This document shows positions 1 to 9,718 of a DNA stretch of 64,000 nt, piece after piece; position 1 is the first letter of the stretch; each line of letters begins with the position of its first letter. The stretch is from the NCBI RefSeq assembly GCF_003019035.1, contig NZ_CP027447.1; one strand, written 5' to 3'. The translations under genes and the position numbers were made by a program. The stretch is from Escherichia coli. GTDB taxonomy: Bacteria; Pseudomonadota; Gammaproteobacteria; Enterobacterales; Enterobacteriaceae. The notes below the pieces were generated by a model. That model ran no database searches, had not been told where the DNA came from, and saw only the letters and a program-made list of their open reading frames with translations.

Positions 1-1073
1 GCGACGCGGTGCGCGGCTTGTTCCAGGTGACCATTTAACGACGCCCGCAAGGCATCATCGGCAATTAACGTTTCACCAAACCATTGACCCGCTCGTGCGA
101 TACGTTCTTTCACACGAGAATCTTCACTGTTGATATCCACTTTCAGCCATTCCCGTAAATCCCCCCACAATTCACTGAGATAGCGATTAAAAGCTTCATC
201 TTCTTTCAGATAGCTTTTTACGGCATCGGCTCGCGCTGCCATTTCCGGATCGTTTTTCAGCTTGTCGATCATGGCAAAGGTGGCGCGATCAAACGCATTG
301 CGGATCTGATGCGCACGATCGCGACTAATATCATCAAGCAAAGAATTCACCGCGTCAGAAACCAACTCCGCGCTATGTTCGCCCAGCCATTCGGTGGGGA
401 GAATTTTGGCTTTCAATGGATGCTCGCTCTCCAGCCAGCGAACAATTTGCTGGGCGATAAACTTGCGCGATTTATCGCGCTGGAGAAGGGCGATCAACTG
501 TGCGATCAGCGTATCCAGCAGCACCTGATGACGATCGTTTTTGGTCATACTCTCCAGCATCAACGCACTGGTGCCGGAAAGATCGACCTTATCAATCGCC
601 CGATGGACTGCGCGCTTAAGCAGGCGCTGAATACGCGCATCATCGGTCAGTTCAAGAAAACCACTCATGATCTGCAACAGATGCTGACCAACGCGGCGGG
701 CGTTTTCTGGCTGACTAAACCAGTTGCCAATCAACAACGCCGGTTCGTGACGTCGAATCAATGCCACCAGCGATTGGGTATCGAGAAATTTTTCCTGCAC
801 GAACTGACCGAGATTTTCGCCAATCCGGTCTTTATTACGCGGGATAATCGCCGTATGACGAGAAATGATCGGAATCGGCACGCGGCGAAATAGCGCCACC
901 ACCGCAAACCAGTCCGCCAGCGCGCCGACCATCGCCGCTTCAGCAATCGCCTTCACGCCGCTCACCCAAAAATTGGGCGGCAAAAACAGCGTAACGACAA
1001 AGGTAGCAGCGGCGATAAGCAGTAAAGAGAGCGCCAACATTTTGGCGCGTCTGAGTTCAATGAGTTTATTCAT
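1..1073 (-). CDS. yjiN: DUF445 family inner-membrane protein YjiN, 5' part only (3' end lies beyond window start)
   Basis: Reverse-strand translation from ATG at 1073 gives [30 protein letters not shown]..., open to position 1; sits downstream of mdtM as in K-12. Confidence 0.75.
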   Translation of the reverse strand, partial: MNKLIELRRAKMLALSLLLIAAATFVVTLFLPPNFWVSGVKAIAEAAMVGALADWFAVVALFRRVPIPIISRHTAIIPRNKDRIGENLGQFVQEKFLDTQSLVALIRRHEPALLIGNWFSQPENARRVGQHLLQIMSGFLELTDDARIQRLLKRAVHRAIDKVDLSGTSALMLESMTKNDRHQVLLDTLIAQLIALLQRDKSRKFIAQQIVRWLESEHPLKAKILPTEWLGEHSAELVSDAVNSLLDDISRDRAHQIRNAFDRATFAMIDKLKNDPEMAARADAVKSYLKEDEAFNRYLSELWGDLREWLKVDINSEDSRVKERIARAGQWFGETLIADDALRASLNGHLEQAAHRV

Positions 1074-1113
1074 AACGTTAAGAATAGAGCCTGACGGCAG
1101 GATCGCGCAAAAA

Positions 1114-2346
1114 TCACCGCTCCTCCGCCAGCTCGGCAGCCTGATGCTGGCGCACGCGATTGAGCAATCCCGCCAGGGTGAAAACGACGATAACGCCCGC
1201 TAAAACGGCTAACAGATGAAACGGCAAGCGACCGCCGTTAAACCACAGCCAGCGGCCGATTTCGACTGAGACAGACATCACCATCAGGATCACCATATTT
1301 AGCGATGCGGAGACGGTCCCTTTCGGTAAGTTATTGGAAAACAGCGTAAAGCGGAATAAGGTCGGGAAAATCAAACCAATCCCGAAAGCATACAGACTGG
1401 TGCCCAGCACCGACCACAGCCAGACGTGCGGCGACAGCAGATTGCCGATAATCAACAGCGAGAGGCCGACCAGTTGAAGGGGTACGGCACGCCAGATAAA
1501 CCGCGGTTCGGTCGGATCTTTAACGAAACGCGCCACGATGGCATTCGCAACAATCACCGCGCCGAACACCGGAACCTGTGTCCAGGCGAACTGCGAAGTT
1601 GTTAAGCCGCCTGCATCGATAAGGATCACCGGCGAGACAGCCACCCAGCTCATCATCGGGATATAGCTTAAAGAGATGGTTGCTGCGCCAAAGAGGAACA
1701 GCCGATTGCAAAAGACATTACGAAAATCGCGCAAGACGCTTTTGGCGCTAAACGGAACCGCGCCGCGCTTCACCGTCTCTGGCATCGCCAACAGTAAGCC
1801 AACAAATGAGATAAAACCCATAACCGCAATGATGGCAAAAAGGACTTTCCAGTGCATAAAGTGCATCAGAGCTGCGCCGGAAAGCGGGCCGATAATCGGC
1901 GCAATCAGTACGATGGAGGTGATAATCGCCATCAACTTGATCCCTTTTGTCTGTCCGAACGCCTCCTGCACCGTGACATAACCAACGGTGGCAATAAAAC
2001 AGATACTGGTGCCCTGAATGGCACGCGCGATAAGAAACTGTGTCATAGACGTTGTGAACATTGTCGCGGCGCAGGCAAGGGTAAAAATTAGCGCCCCGGT
2101 AATCAGCACCGGCCTGCGGCCAATTCTGTCGGAAAGTGGCCCCAATAGCCACTGTAACGCCATACCGCCAGCGAGATAGAGACTGACGGCAGCAGGGGCC
2201 AGACTGACATCGGCATTAAAATCACGTACCACATTAATAATCCCTGGCTGGATTAGATCCGTCGACAGGTACGCGGCAAAGTCATACAAAATCAACGCCA
2301 TCGGGAAAAACAGCGTGGCGGCATGGCGGGCAAAAAAACGTGGCAT
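1114..2346 (-). CDS. mdtM: MFS multidrug efflux transporter MdtM
   Basis: 410 aa from ATG at 2346 ([10 protein letters not shown]...) with AAGGAG 8 nt upstream; track ORF starts 9 nt further up at TTG; MFS motifs [13 protein letters not shown]. Confidence 0.9.
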   Translation of the reverse strand: MPRFFARHAATLFFPMALILYDFAAYLSTDLIQPGIINVVRDFNADVSLAPAAVSLYLAGGMALQWLLGPLSDRIGRRPVLITGALIFTLACAATMFTTSMTQFLIARAIQGTSICFIATVGYVTVQEAFGQTKGIKLMAIITSIVLIAPIIGPLSGAALMHFMHWKVLFAIIAVMGFISFVGLLLAMPETVKRGAVPFSAKSVLRDFRNVFCNRLFLFGAATISLSYIPMMSWVAVSPVILIDAGGLTTSQFAWTQVPVFGAVIVANAIVARFVKDPTEPRFIWRAVPLQLVGLSLLIIGNLLSPHVWLWSVLGTSLYAFGIGLIFPTLFRFTLFSNNLPKGTVSASLNMVILMVMSVSVEIGRWLWFNGGRLPFHLLAVLAGVIVVFTLAGLLNRVRQHQAAELAEER

Positions 2347-2813
2347 AAAAAACAACTCCTTGTCCGGAGAACCCCAATGGGGAAAACGAAATTCAATACC
2401 GTCGGTAATGACGAAAGGCAGGCGAGAAGGACAAATGTACTGAATTTCATGTAATCAACCACACTGCCTGTGAACACACAGACAGAGAAATACCTTCTGA
2501 CTCCAGGTCAGAATGTATAACGATTACAAATAGTCATCAGCACATTACACCTCTTGAATTGATGGATTGCATAGAAAATATACACCTTAAGTGTAATTAA
2601 AATTTGCGGTTAATCAAAAGAGCGCGGTGGAAAGGGGAATATCTGCCGGGTACAGGACATGTAAAAACACGAGCCTGTTTCCGGAAAAATGTATCGTTTG
2701 CAGAGGAACAAAAATAGCCTGGAAAGCACCTCGGGGAACGAGAAATTGCCGGGTGAGAATTGTTTTGTTAGTCGCTACAGTCGGGCCATCTTATCTACAG
2801 GTGACGGATCGCC

Positions 2814-3770
2814 ATGACAAACTTCACGACCAGTACGCCGCATGACGCATTATTTAAATCCTTTCTCACGCACCCTGACACCGCGCGGGATTTTATGGAG
2901 ATCCACTTACCCAAAGATTTACGTGAACTGTGCGATCTCGACAGCTTAAAACTGGAATACGCCAGCTTTGTCGATGAAAAATTGCGGGCGCTACATTCCG
3001 ATATTCTGTGGTCGGTAAAGACCCGCGAAGGAGATGGCTATATTTATGTGGTGATTGAACATCAGAGCCGCGAGGATATCCATATGGCCTTTCGCCTGAT
3101 GCGATATTCCATGGCGGTGATGCAGCGCCATATCGAGCGTGATAAACGCCGGCCGCTACCGCTGGTCATCCCGATGCTGTTTTATCACGGTAGCCGTAGT
3201 CCTTACCCCTGGTCTTTGTGCTGGCTGGATGAATTTGCCGACCCGGCTACCGCACGGAAGCTTTATACCGCAGCGTTCCCGCTGGTGGATGTCACTGTCG
3301 TGCCAGACGACGAGATTGTGCAGCATCGCAGAGTCGCCCTGCTGGAGTTGATCCAAAAGCATATTCGCCAGCGCGATCTAATGGGGCTTATTGATCAACT
3401 GGCAGTATTACTGGTTACAGGGTGCGCTAATGACAGCCAGATAACCGCGCTGTTAAATTACATTTTACTGACTGGCGATGAAGCGCGTTTTAATGAGTTT
3501 ATCAGCGAACTTATCCGTCGAATGCCACAACACAGGGAGCGAATAATGACGATTGCAGAGCGAATTCATAATGATGGATGGCTGTTGGGAAGGGAGAGGG
3601 GGAGGAAAGAAGGGAAAGAAGAAGGGGAAAAGAGCCTCCTCCGATTGTTGTTGCAGAATGGGGCGGATCCTGAATGGATACAACGATATACCGGACTTTC
3701 GGCAGAGCAAATGCAGGCATTAGATCAGCCCTTGCCTGAAAGCAAGCGCGATCCATGGATCGAGTACTAA
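2814..3770 (+). CDS. rpnD: Rpn (YhgA-like, PD-(D/E)XK transposase_31) recombination-promoting nuclease, intact 318 aa
   Basis: ORF track 2814..3770; family hallmarks [23 protein letters not shown] and Lys/Glu/Gly-rich C-terminus; position between mdtM and yjiR matches yjiP/yjiQ locus. Confidence 0.75.
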   Translation: MTNFTTSTPHDALFKSFLTHPDTARDFMEIHLPKDLRELCDLDSLKLEYASFVDEKLRALHSDILWSVKTREGDGYIYVVIEHQSREDIHMAFRLMRYSMAVMQRHIERDKRRPLPLVIPMLFYHGSRSPYPWSLCWLDEFADPATARKLYTAAFPLVDVTVVPDDEIVQHRRVALLELIQKHIRQRDLMGLIDQLAVLLVTGCANDSQITALLNYILLTGDEARFNEFISELIRRMPQHRERIMTIAERIHNDGWLLGRERGRKEGKEEGEKSLLRLLLQNGADPEWIQRYTGLSAEQMQALDQPLPESKRDPWIEY

Positions 3771-3797
3771 TCAGAGGCCGATGGCAAACGCAAAGCT

Positions 3798-3826
3798 GCC
3801 TGATGCGCTACGCTTATCAGGTCTAC
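3798..3826. repeat. REP-like palindromic element between convergent rpnD and yjiR
   Basis: gcctgatgcgctacgcttatcaggtctac resembles REP consensus (GCCTGATGCG...CTTATCAGGCCTAC), shortened. Confidence 0.4.
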
Positions 3827-4012
3827 ATAACCCATTAAATATATTGAATTTTAAAGATTTTGTAGACCTGGTAAGGTGTTCACATGGCATCCGGCATGAA
3901 CGAAGCGCATTTTGCCTAAGCCATGCTGGAACGTGGAGATGACCCTGCAAAGATAAAACGAGTCACACGCTATTCGTGAGAGGAAATCAGGGGGCTCGCC
4001 ACTATTTCGAAT

Positions 4013-5425
4013 TCATTCCATTGCCCGATACACGGCTTCGCCAATTTGCTTCAGTGCTTCGCGATAGGTTTCGCTGAGCGGCAAAGCGCAGTTGATGCGC
4101 AGACAATTACGGTATTTGCCGGAAGCTGAGAAAATCGAGCCTGCCGCCACCTGGATTTTCATGCGGTATAGCTGCCGCGCAACGCAAACCATATCGACCT
4201 GTTCAGGCAATTCGATCCACAGTAAAAATCCGCCTTTCGGGCGCGTAATACAGATTTCGCAGGGAAAATATTCCCGTATCCAGCAGGTATAAAGCGCCAA
4301 ATTGCGCTGATAGATCTGCCGCATCCGCCGGATATGGCGATGATAGTGACCTTCCAGCACAAACGTTGCCGCCGCCATTTGCGTGGACGGCACATTAAAG
4401 CTGCTGATGGCATATTTCATATGCAGCAGTTTATCGTGATAGCGCCCCGGTGCGACCCAACCCACGCGCAGGCCTGGAGCAATACTTTTACTGAACGAGC
4501 TGCACAACAGCACTCGCCCGTCGATATCCCAGGAATGAATGGTCCGCGGGCGCGGATACTCCGTCGCCAGTTCGCCGTAGACATCATCTTCAAAAATCAC
4601 AATATCATGACGCTGAGCGAGAGAGAGAACGGCCCGTTTGCGCGCGTCCGGCATAATAAATCCCAGCGGATTATTACAGTTTGGCACCAGAATGATGCCT
4701 TTAATCGGCCACTGCTCCAGCGCCAGTTCCAGCGCTTCAACGCTGATGCCTGTTTCTGGATCGGTGGGGATTTCAATCACTTTCACGCCCATGCCGCGCA
4801 GCATCTGCATCGAACCGTAATAACAGGGGGATTCGACCGCGACAATATCGCCCGGTTTACACACTGCCATCAACGCCAGCGACATCGAGTTATGGCAGCC
4901 GCTGGTGATGATGATGTCATCGGCGGTGACCACCGAGCCGCTGTCGAGCATCAGGCGGGCAATCTGCTCGCGCAATACCCGCTGGCCGGCTAACAAGTCA
5001 TAACCGAGAACGGTTTGCAGATTATGCTGCACCACCCGGCTTAGCTCCCGCCACAGCGGTTTCAGGCTGGGCGTTTCGACATCCGGCGTGCTTTTACTTA
5101 ACGGAACAATGGAACTGTCGCTATGCGCCTCCAGCATATCCAGCACCTGATCCCACTGGGTAATTTCCACCGGGCGCTGCACCGGACGCGTCATCGGCGG
5201 TACTGGCGGCTGGGCTTTACGTTGTGCGACAAAATAACCCGAACGCGGCTGCGGAGTGATGAGCTTCATCGTCTCCAGCGTCTGGTACGCCTGCTGCACG
5301 GTGCTAATACTGACGCCGTGCTCCTGACTCAAGCTGCGCACCGACGGCAATTTCTCCCCGTGACGATACAGCCCTTGCTCAATCCGCTCTGCAAGCAGAG
5401 TCGCCAGATGTTGATAACGCGTCAT
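4013..5425 (-). CDS. yjiR: MocR-subfamily GntR regulator with aminotransferase-like (PLP) domain
   Basis: 470 aa; N-terminal HTH (LPSVRSLSQEHGVSISTVQQAY) plus large C-terminal fold-type I aminotransferase-like domain. Confidence 0.85.
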   Translation of the reverse strand: MTRYQHLATLLAERIEQGLYRHGEKLPSVRSLSQEHGVSISTVQQAYQTLETMKLITPQPRSGYFVAQRKAQPPVPPMTRPVQRPVEITQWDQVLDMLEAHSDSSIVPLSKSTPDVETPSLKPLWRELSRVVQHNLQTVLGYDLLAGQRVLREQIARLMLDSGSVVTADDIIITSGCHNSMSLALMAVCKPGDIVAVESPCYYGSMQMLRGMGVKVIEIPTDPETGISVEALELALEQWPIKGIILVPNCNNPLGFIMPDARKRAVLSLAQRHDIVIFEDDVYGELATEYPRPRTIHSWDIDGRVLLCSSFSKSIAPGLRVGWVAPGRYHDKLLHMKYAISSFNVPSTQMAAATFVLEGHYHRHIRRMRQIYQRNLALYTCWIREYFPCEICITRPKGGFLLWIELPEQVDMVCVARQLYRMKIQVAAGSIFSASGKYRNCLRINCALPLSETYREALKQIGEAVYRAME

Positions 5426-5601
5426 GCTGTATTCCTTATTTGGACCATACAGAGGGAAAAACCGGTACAGATGAGGCTAAAAAACCGGATGCAGATGCTG
5501 TTTTAACCTGTCTGTATGTTAAATAAAAGTAATGTTTGAATCTGTATTGTGAACTGCCAAAAGGCGGATGATGAAGCCTCTGAAAGATGAGGAGGCAGCA
5601 G

Positions 5602-5766
5602 ATGGAATTTCACGAAAACAAAGCTAAAGCACCGTTTATTGGACTTGTGCAACTCTGGCAGGCAGTGAGGACCTGGTGGCTGAAAAAGCAGACCCGGCGC
5701 GTGTTACAGCAGATGAGTGATGAGCGGTTGAGGGATATTGGGTTACGCAGGGAGGATGTGGAGTGA
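5602..5766 (+). CDS. yjiS: DUF1127 small protein YjiS (54 aa)
   Basis: ATG at 5602 with AGGAGG 6 nt upstream; MEFHENKAKAPFIGLVQLWQAVRTWWLKKQTRRVLQQMSDERLRDIGLRREDVE. Confidence 0.8.
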   Translation: MEFHENKAKAPFIGLVQLWQAVRTWWLKKQTRRVLQQMSDERLRDIGLRREDVE

Positions 5767-5775
5767 TGGGGCAAT

Positions 5776-5800
5776 TTCCCTTCCCGTATGGGGAAGGGGA
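5776..5800. terminator. Hairpin between convergent yjiS and symE (possible bidirectional terminator)
   Basis: cccttccc-gtat-ggggaagggg inverted repeat in the 41-nt gap. Confidence 0.4.
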
Positions 5801-5807
5801 GAGAAAC

Positions 5808-6146
5808 TTAGCGTGGCGTTTTGCTACTAATCACCCCAATAAAATCCTGCACCTGCTTTTGTTTACGCGCCGACAGCTTGCACACCTGGCGCAGCGACAG
5901 CATCAGTTCGCTCTCTTCGGCGGCGGGTGGTTGGGCGGTGAGGACAATACAGCCTTCCATCACTTTGACATCTACCGCCGTGCCGGTGGCAAAACCGGCG
6001 GTTTCCAGCCACTGACCTTTCAGGGTGATGGCGGGAATACGGCTGTAATCCGGGTAGCGACTCGCATAACTCACGGTTAATTGACGGTTATTTGCCGGGG
6101 AGACTTCTGCTTCGAACGGTTGTGCAATAGAATGCGTGTCAGTCAT
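5808..6146 (-). CDS. symE: SymE, SOS-induced type I toxin (AbrB-fold RNA-cleaving protein)
   Basis: 112 aa [48 protein letters not shown]... matches remembered SymE; LexA-like box upstream. Confidence 0.85.
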   Translation of the reverse strand: MTDTHSIAQPFEAEVSPANNRQLTVSYASRYPDYSRIPAITLKGQWLETAGFATGTAVDVKVMEGCIVLTAQPPAAEESELMLSLRQVCKLSARKQKQVQDFIGVISSKTPR

Positions 6147-6216
6147 GATTACTATTCCTTAGAAATAGGGATTGTGATTAGCGGTGCGGGTGTGTTGGCG
6201 CACATCCGCACCGCGC
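6138..6216 (+). ncRNA. symR: SymR antisense sRNA (antitoxin of symE), approximate ends
   Basis: By analogy with K-12, where SymR is antisense to the symE start and 5'UTR; candidate -10 TAGAAT at 6128..6133 on + strand and GC hairpin 6181..6214; boundaries not verified. Confidence 0.4.
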
Positions 6217-6223
6217 TAAATAC

Positions 6224-6239
6224 CTGGATATATCATCAG
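6224..6239. promoter_or_regulatory. LexA (SOS) box upstream of symE
   Basis: CTGGATATATCATCAG fits CTGT-N8-ACAG with AT-rich centre, about 80 nt upstream of the symE start codon. Confidence 0.5.
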
Positions 6240-6328
6240 TAAATATGGGGAAAGTCCAGCTAAAAATAGAAAATAATAAAAGCGTTACTGGAAAGATCTG
6301 GAAGAGAAATTAACGTTAATTCAGAATG

Positions 6329-6354
6329 GCCGGATAACAAAGTGTATCCGGCCT
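6329..6354. terminator. Hairpin immediately downstream of hsdR stop
   Basis: ggccggata-caaagtg-tatccggcc inverted repeat 7 nt beyond the hsdR stop codon. Confidence 0.35.
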
Positions 6355-6360
6355 TCATAA

Positions 6361-9300
6361 TTAGTTTAAAACACTCATATGATGTTCTTTAAAATTCTCT
6401 GCCTGTGCCAGCACTCCCATATAAACATCATCATTCGCTACTGGCGGGAACTTATGCTTGTGTAGAAGAAGAATAAGTTCAACTTTTAGTTTCGCTTTAA
6501 TATCATCGCGCTTACTCCAGTCAGGATATTTCGATGTGTTGTCAACCACGCTTTTCATCTCTTTTGCCAGTGACAGCATTTTTTCATCGTCATAGGTGAA
6601 CTGATATTTATCGCGCATATGAGCAAGAATGTCGAAAAACGCTTTTTCTTCAATATCAATACCTAAATCGGCCCATGTGCCCATTTCGGTTTTAATATCA
6701 TAGATAATATCGGTCATTTCCTGACTGAATGTATCGAATTCTTCACCGTTGAGTACATCATCTTCTCGCCGCTCATTATAACGATCTATAATCGCCTGGA
6801 AGCGGCGGGTGAAGTTAATCCCTTGCAACTGGTTCACTTTCTTGAAGTCGCTGATCGCTTTTTCCAGTAATTTTTGTAATAACTGGATCTTTGTTGCCGG
6901 AAGTTTGATCTTGTTAATTCGCGCCAGATAATCTTCGTCAAAAATATCGATGGATTCCGCTTTTTTATCGCCAAGAAAATAAATTTCTTCTACGCCATCA
7001 GCTTTTAGCGCTTCTGCAATCATTTCACGAACGCGTGCATTCATCTGGGTGACATCCGGTGCGTCACCTTTCGTCAGTTTGAAAACAATTGAACGAACAG
7101 CAAGATAATAGTGAATATGATCACGTTCTGTCTGTGATAGTGCTTCACTGCCGCAGCAGACGTCGTAGGCGGCTTTCATGCGTTTAACCAGTCCCATAAA
7201 ACGACGTTCAACTTTCTGGGTACGCAGAACAAATTCCGCCGCGCGGTTGAGGCAGGATAATTGCGCTTGTGGCTCACCACTAAAATAATCCCGACTGTCA
7301 AATTCGTAAAAGACTTGCCCCAACAAATCGAGATGGTTTTTAACTTCTATTACCGATTGCTGAATATCTTCAAAGTTGGTGGCATCAATGCGGGAATACA
7401 TTGCCAGTGCCTGGTTCATCTGACTTTTAATGCCGATGTAGTCCACCACTAACCCTTTACTTTTGCCTTCCAGTTTACGGTTAACGCGAGAAATGGTCTG
7501 GATAAGATTATGTTTTTGTAAGGGTTTATCAATATAGATGGTATCCAGTTCCGGGACGTCGAAACCAGTCAGCCACATATCAACAACAATGGCAATTTTG
7601 AAATTCGATTTAGCGTTTTTGAACTGCTTATCCAGCTCTTTACGATATTCTTTTGTGCCCAGTAAATCATAAAGCGCCTCGTCGTCATCTTTACCGCGCG
7701 TCATGACCATCTTCACCATTTCTGAAGGCGGTAACTCTTTCTGCTCCTGTTCCGTCAGGACGACGCCATCGGGGGCTTGCTTCACTTCAAACCAGGTAGG
7801 GCGAATAGCTTTAAGCTGGCGGTAGAAATCCCAGGCAATTTCACGGCTGGCACAAACAAACATGGCTTTGCCTTTTACGGTGGAACCTTCGGCTACGCGT
7901 TTTTCATAATGTTTAGCAAAATCTTCCGCGAGGGCTTTTAACCGATCTTCATCACCCAGTACCGCATTCATGGTTGCGGTGGCTTTTTTGCTTTCGTCGA
8001 TTTGCCACTCATTGGTGCCTGCGTTTGCGCACTCTTCGTAATACTTTTCGACTTCTTCCAGTTTGCTGGAGTCCAGGATCACTTTAGCCGCACGGCCTTC
8101 GTACACGATGCGTACAGTGATTTCATCCTGAACGGATTCGGTCATGGTGTAACTGTCGATCACCTCACCGAAGACATCGAGCGTCGCGTCAATCGGTGTG
8201 CCGGTAAAGCCAACATAGGTGGCGTTTGGCAGTGAATCGTGCAGGTATTTCGCAAAGCCATAAGTTTTGCGCACTTTTCCGCTTTCTTTATCGACGATGA
8301 CTTTCTGGTCGAGGTTAACCTGGCTGCGATGTGCTTCGTCTGAGATGCAAATGATATTGCTGCGTTCAGAAAGGAGTTCGGTGTCTTCGGTGAATTTATG
8401 GATCGTTGTCAGGAATACACCGCCACTATTGCGTCCCGCCAGTTGATTACGCAAATCTTCACGGCTGATAACAGGAACGATGGTGTCGTCGCCAATGTAA
8501 TTTTTGGCGTTGCACATTTGCGCAGAAAGCTGATCGTCCAGATCGGTGCGGTCGGTGATCAAAACAATGGTCGGGCTGGCAAACTCCACGCTCTTCATCA
8601 AAAGACGCGTTAAAAATTGCATGGTGTAACTTTTGCCACAGCCCGTTGCGCCAAAGTAGGTGCCGCCTTTACCGTTACCGAAAGGTTTACGCGCTTGCTT
8701 GATGCTGTAATAGAGTTTGCGGGCGGCATAGTACTGCGGATATCGGCAGCAAATTTTTACTTCGTGCTTAGCTTTATCCGGGAAGCAGATAAAGTTTTTA
8801 ATCACATCCAGCAGACGTACCGGATGAAACAGCCCCTGAATCATTGAGTGCAATGACGGAATTCCGTCCTGTTCACGGTTTTCATTACCGGTGACTTTGC
8901 GCCATGAGTAAAAATATTCATAGGGCGCAAACAGGTTGCCCATCCGGTTATTAACGCCATCGCTAATAATGCAGAGCGCGTTGTAGATAAACAGTTGCGG
9001 AATATCCCGGCGGTAGCGTTTACAGAGCTGCTTCCAGGCATCACCTATACTGGCTTCCTGCTCGCGCACCGCGCTTTTAAATTCAAAGACGACCAATGGC
9101 AGACCATTGATATAGAGAATGCCGTCAGGAATACGAGTCTGATTATCTTTGCCGGAGATTTTAAGCTGGTTAACAATCTTAATCCGGTTAAGCGGCGGAT
9201 TAATATAGGAGGGCGGGAGTTCTGCCGCCTGTTGCAACGGGACATCTTCGGCGTCAAATATCTGGCGCAGTGCGGCAGGTAGATGCCGGGTGTCGAGCAA

Positions 9301-9624
9301 TTCAATATAGAGATCTTTTTGTTGCCGATCGTCGCGTTTGAACAGAAAACCATTTGCCAGCCAGCGACAAAATGTTTTGTTGCTTTCATAAAGATCGGAG
9401 GCCGGAAGCGTGGTGAACTGTTTGATCAGTCGCTGAATCTCTTCTTCAGTAATGCCATCAGGCTGGTAGCGTGCCGCTAAATAATGACGGAGATCGTCTT
9501 CGATAATGACCTGATCGAGACTTGAACGAGGGACATTATCGCCGATCAGGTGTTGATATCCCTGATCCTGTAATAGTTCAATGATCGCTTGTTCTAATTT
9601 TGCTTCACTGAAAGAGAGACTCAT
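6361..9624 (-). CDS. hsdR: Type I restriction enzyme R subunit (HsdR; SF2 helicase/translocase plus nuclease)
   Basis: 1087 aa from ATG at 9624 (track starts at TTG 9636); helicase motifs YFGATGCGKS (Walker A), ICISDEAHRSQ (DEAH), VGFTGTPI. Confidence 0.9.
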   Translation of the reverse strand: MSLSFSEAKLEQAIIELLQDQGYQHLIGDNVPRSSLDQVIIEDDLRHYLAARYQPDGITEEEIQRLIKQFTTLPASDLYESNKTFCRWLANGFLFKRDDRQQKDLYIELLDTRHLPAALRQIFDAEDVPLQQAAELPPSYINPPLNRIKIVNQLKISGKDNQTRIPDGILYINGLPLVVFEFKSAVREQEASIGDAWKQLCKRYRRDIPQLFIYNALCIISDGVNNRMGNLFAPYEYFYSWRKVTGNENREQDGIPSLHSMIQGLFHPVRLLDVIKNFICFPDKAKHEVKICCRYPQYYAARKLYYSIKQARKPFGNGKGGTYFGATGCGKSYTMQFLTRLLMKSVEFASPTIVLITDRTDLDDQLSAQMCNAKNYIGDDTIVPVISREDLRNQLAGRNSGGVFLTTIHKFTEDTELLSERSNIICISDEAHRSQVNLDQKVIVDKESGKVRKTYGFAKYLHDSLPNATYVGFTGTPIDATLDVFGEVIDSYTMTESVQDEITVRIVYEGRAAKVILDSSKLEEVEKYYEECANAGTNEWQIDESKKATATMNAVLGDEDRLKALAEDFAKHYEKRVAEGSTVKGKAMFVCASREIAWDFYRQLKAIRPTWFEVKQAPDGVVLTEQEQKELPPSEMVKMVMTRGKDDDEALYDLLGTKEYRKELDKQFKNAKSNFKIAIVVDMWLTGFDVPELDTIYIDKPLQKHNLIQTISRVNRKLEGKSKGLVVDYIGIKSQMNQALAMYSRIDATNFEDIQQSVIEVKNHLDLLGQVFYEFDSRDYFSGEPQAQLSCLNRAAEFVLRTQKVERRFMGLVKRMKAAYDVCCGSEALSQTERDHIHYYLAVRSIVFKLTKGDAPDVTQMNARVREMIAEALKADGVEEIYFLGDKKAESIDIFDEDYLARINKIKLPATKIQLLQKLLEKAISDFKKVNQLQGINFTRRFQAIIDRYNERREDDVLNGEEFDTFSQEMTDIIYDIKTEMGTWADLGIDIEEKAFFDILAHMRDKYQFTYDDEKMLSLAKEMKSVVDNTSKYPDWSKRDDIKAKLKVELILLLHKHKFPPVANDDVYMGVLAQAENFKEHHMSVLN

Positions 9625-9690
9625 ATCGCGCTCCAACCCTGGCTAATTTCTGGTAAGCATTCCCGTATCAGTAGAAAACCTTACCAGAAA

Positions 9691-9710
9691 GCCCCTGATT
9701 TTACAGGGGC
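9691..9710 (-). terminator. Hairpin between hsdS stop and hsdR start
   Basis: gcccctg-atttta-caggggc inverted repeat; on the coding (minus) strand followed by tttctggtaagg; implies a separate hsdR promoter. Confidence 0.4.
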
Positions 9711-9718
9711 AAAATGCG

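Noticed and set aside
309-1203. Plus-strand ORFs 309..893 and 865..1203
   Set aside because: Antisense to yjiN, whose minus-strand translation is a coherent membrane protein from ATG 1073; spurious
4334-4993. 219-aa plus-strand ORF
   Set aside because: Antisense to yjiR; His/Arg-rich low-complexity translation
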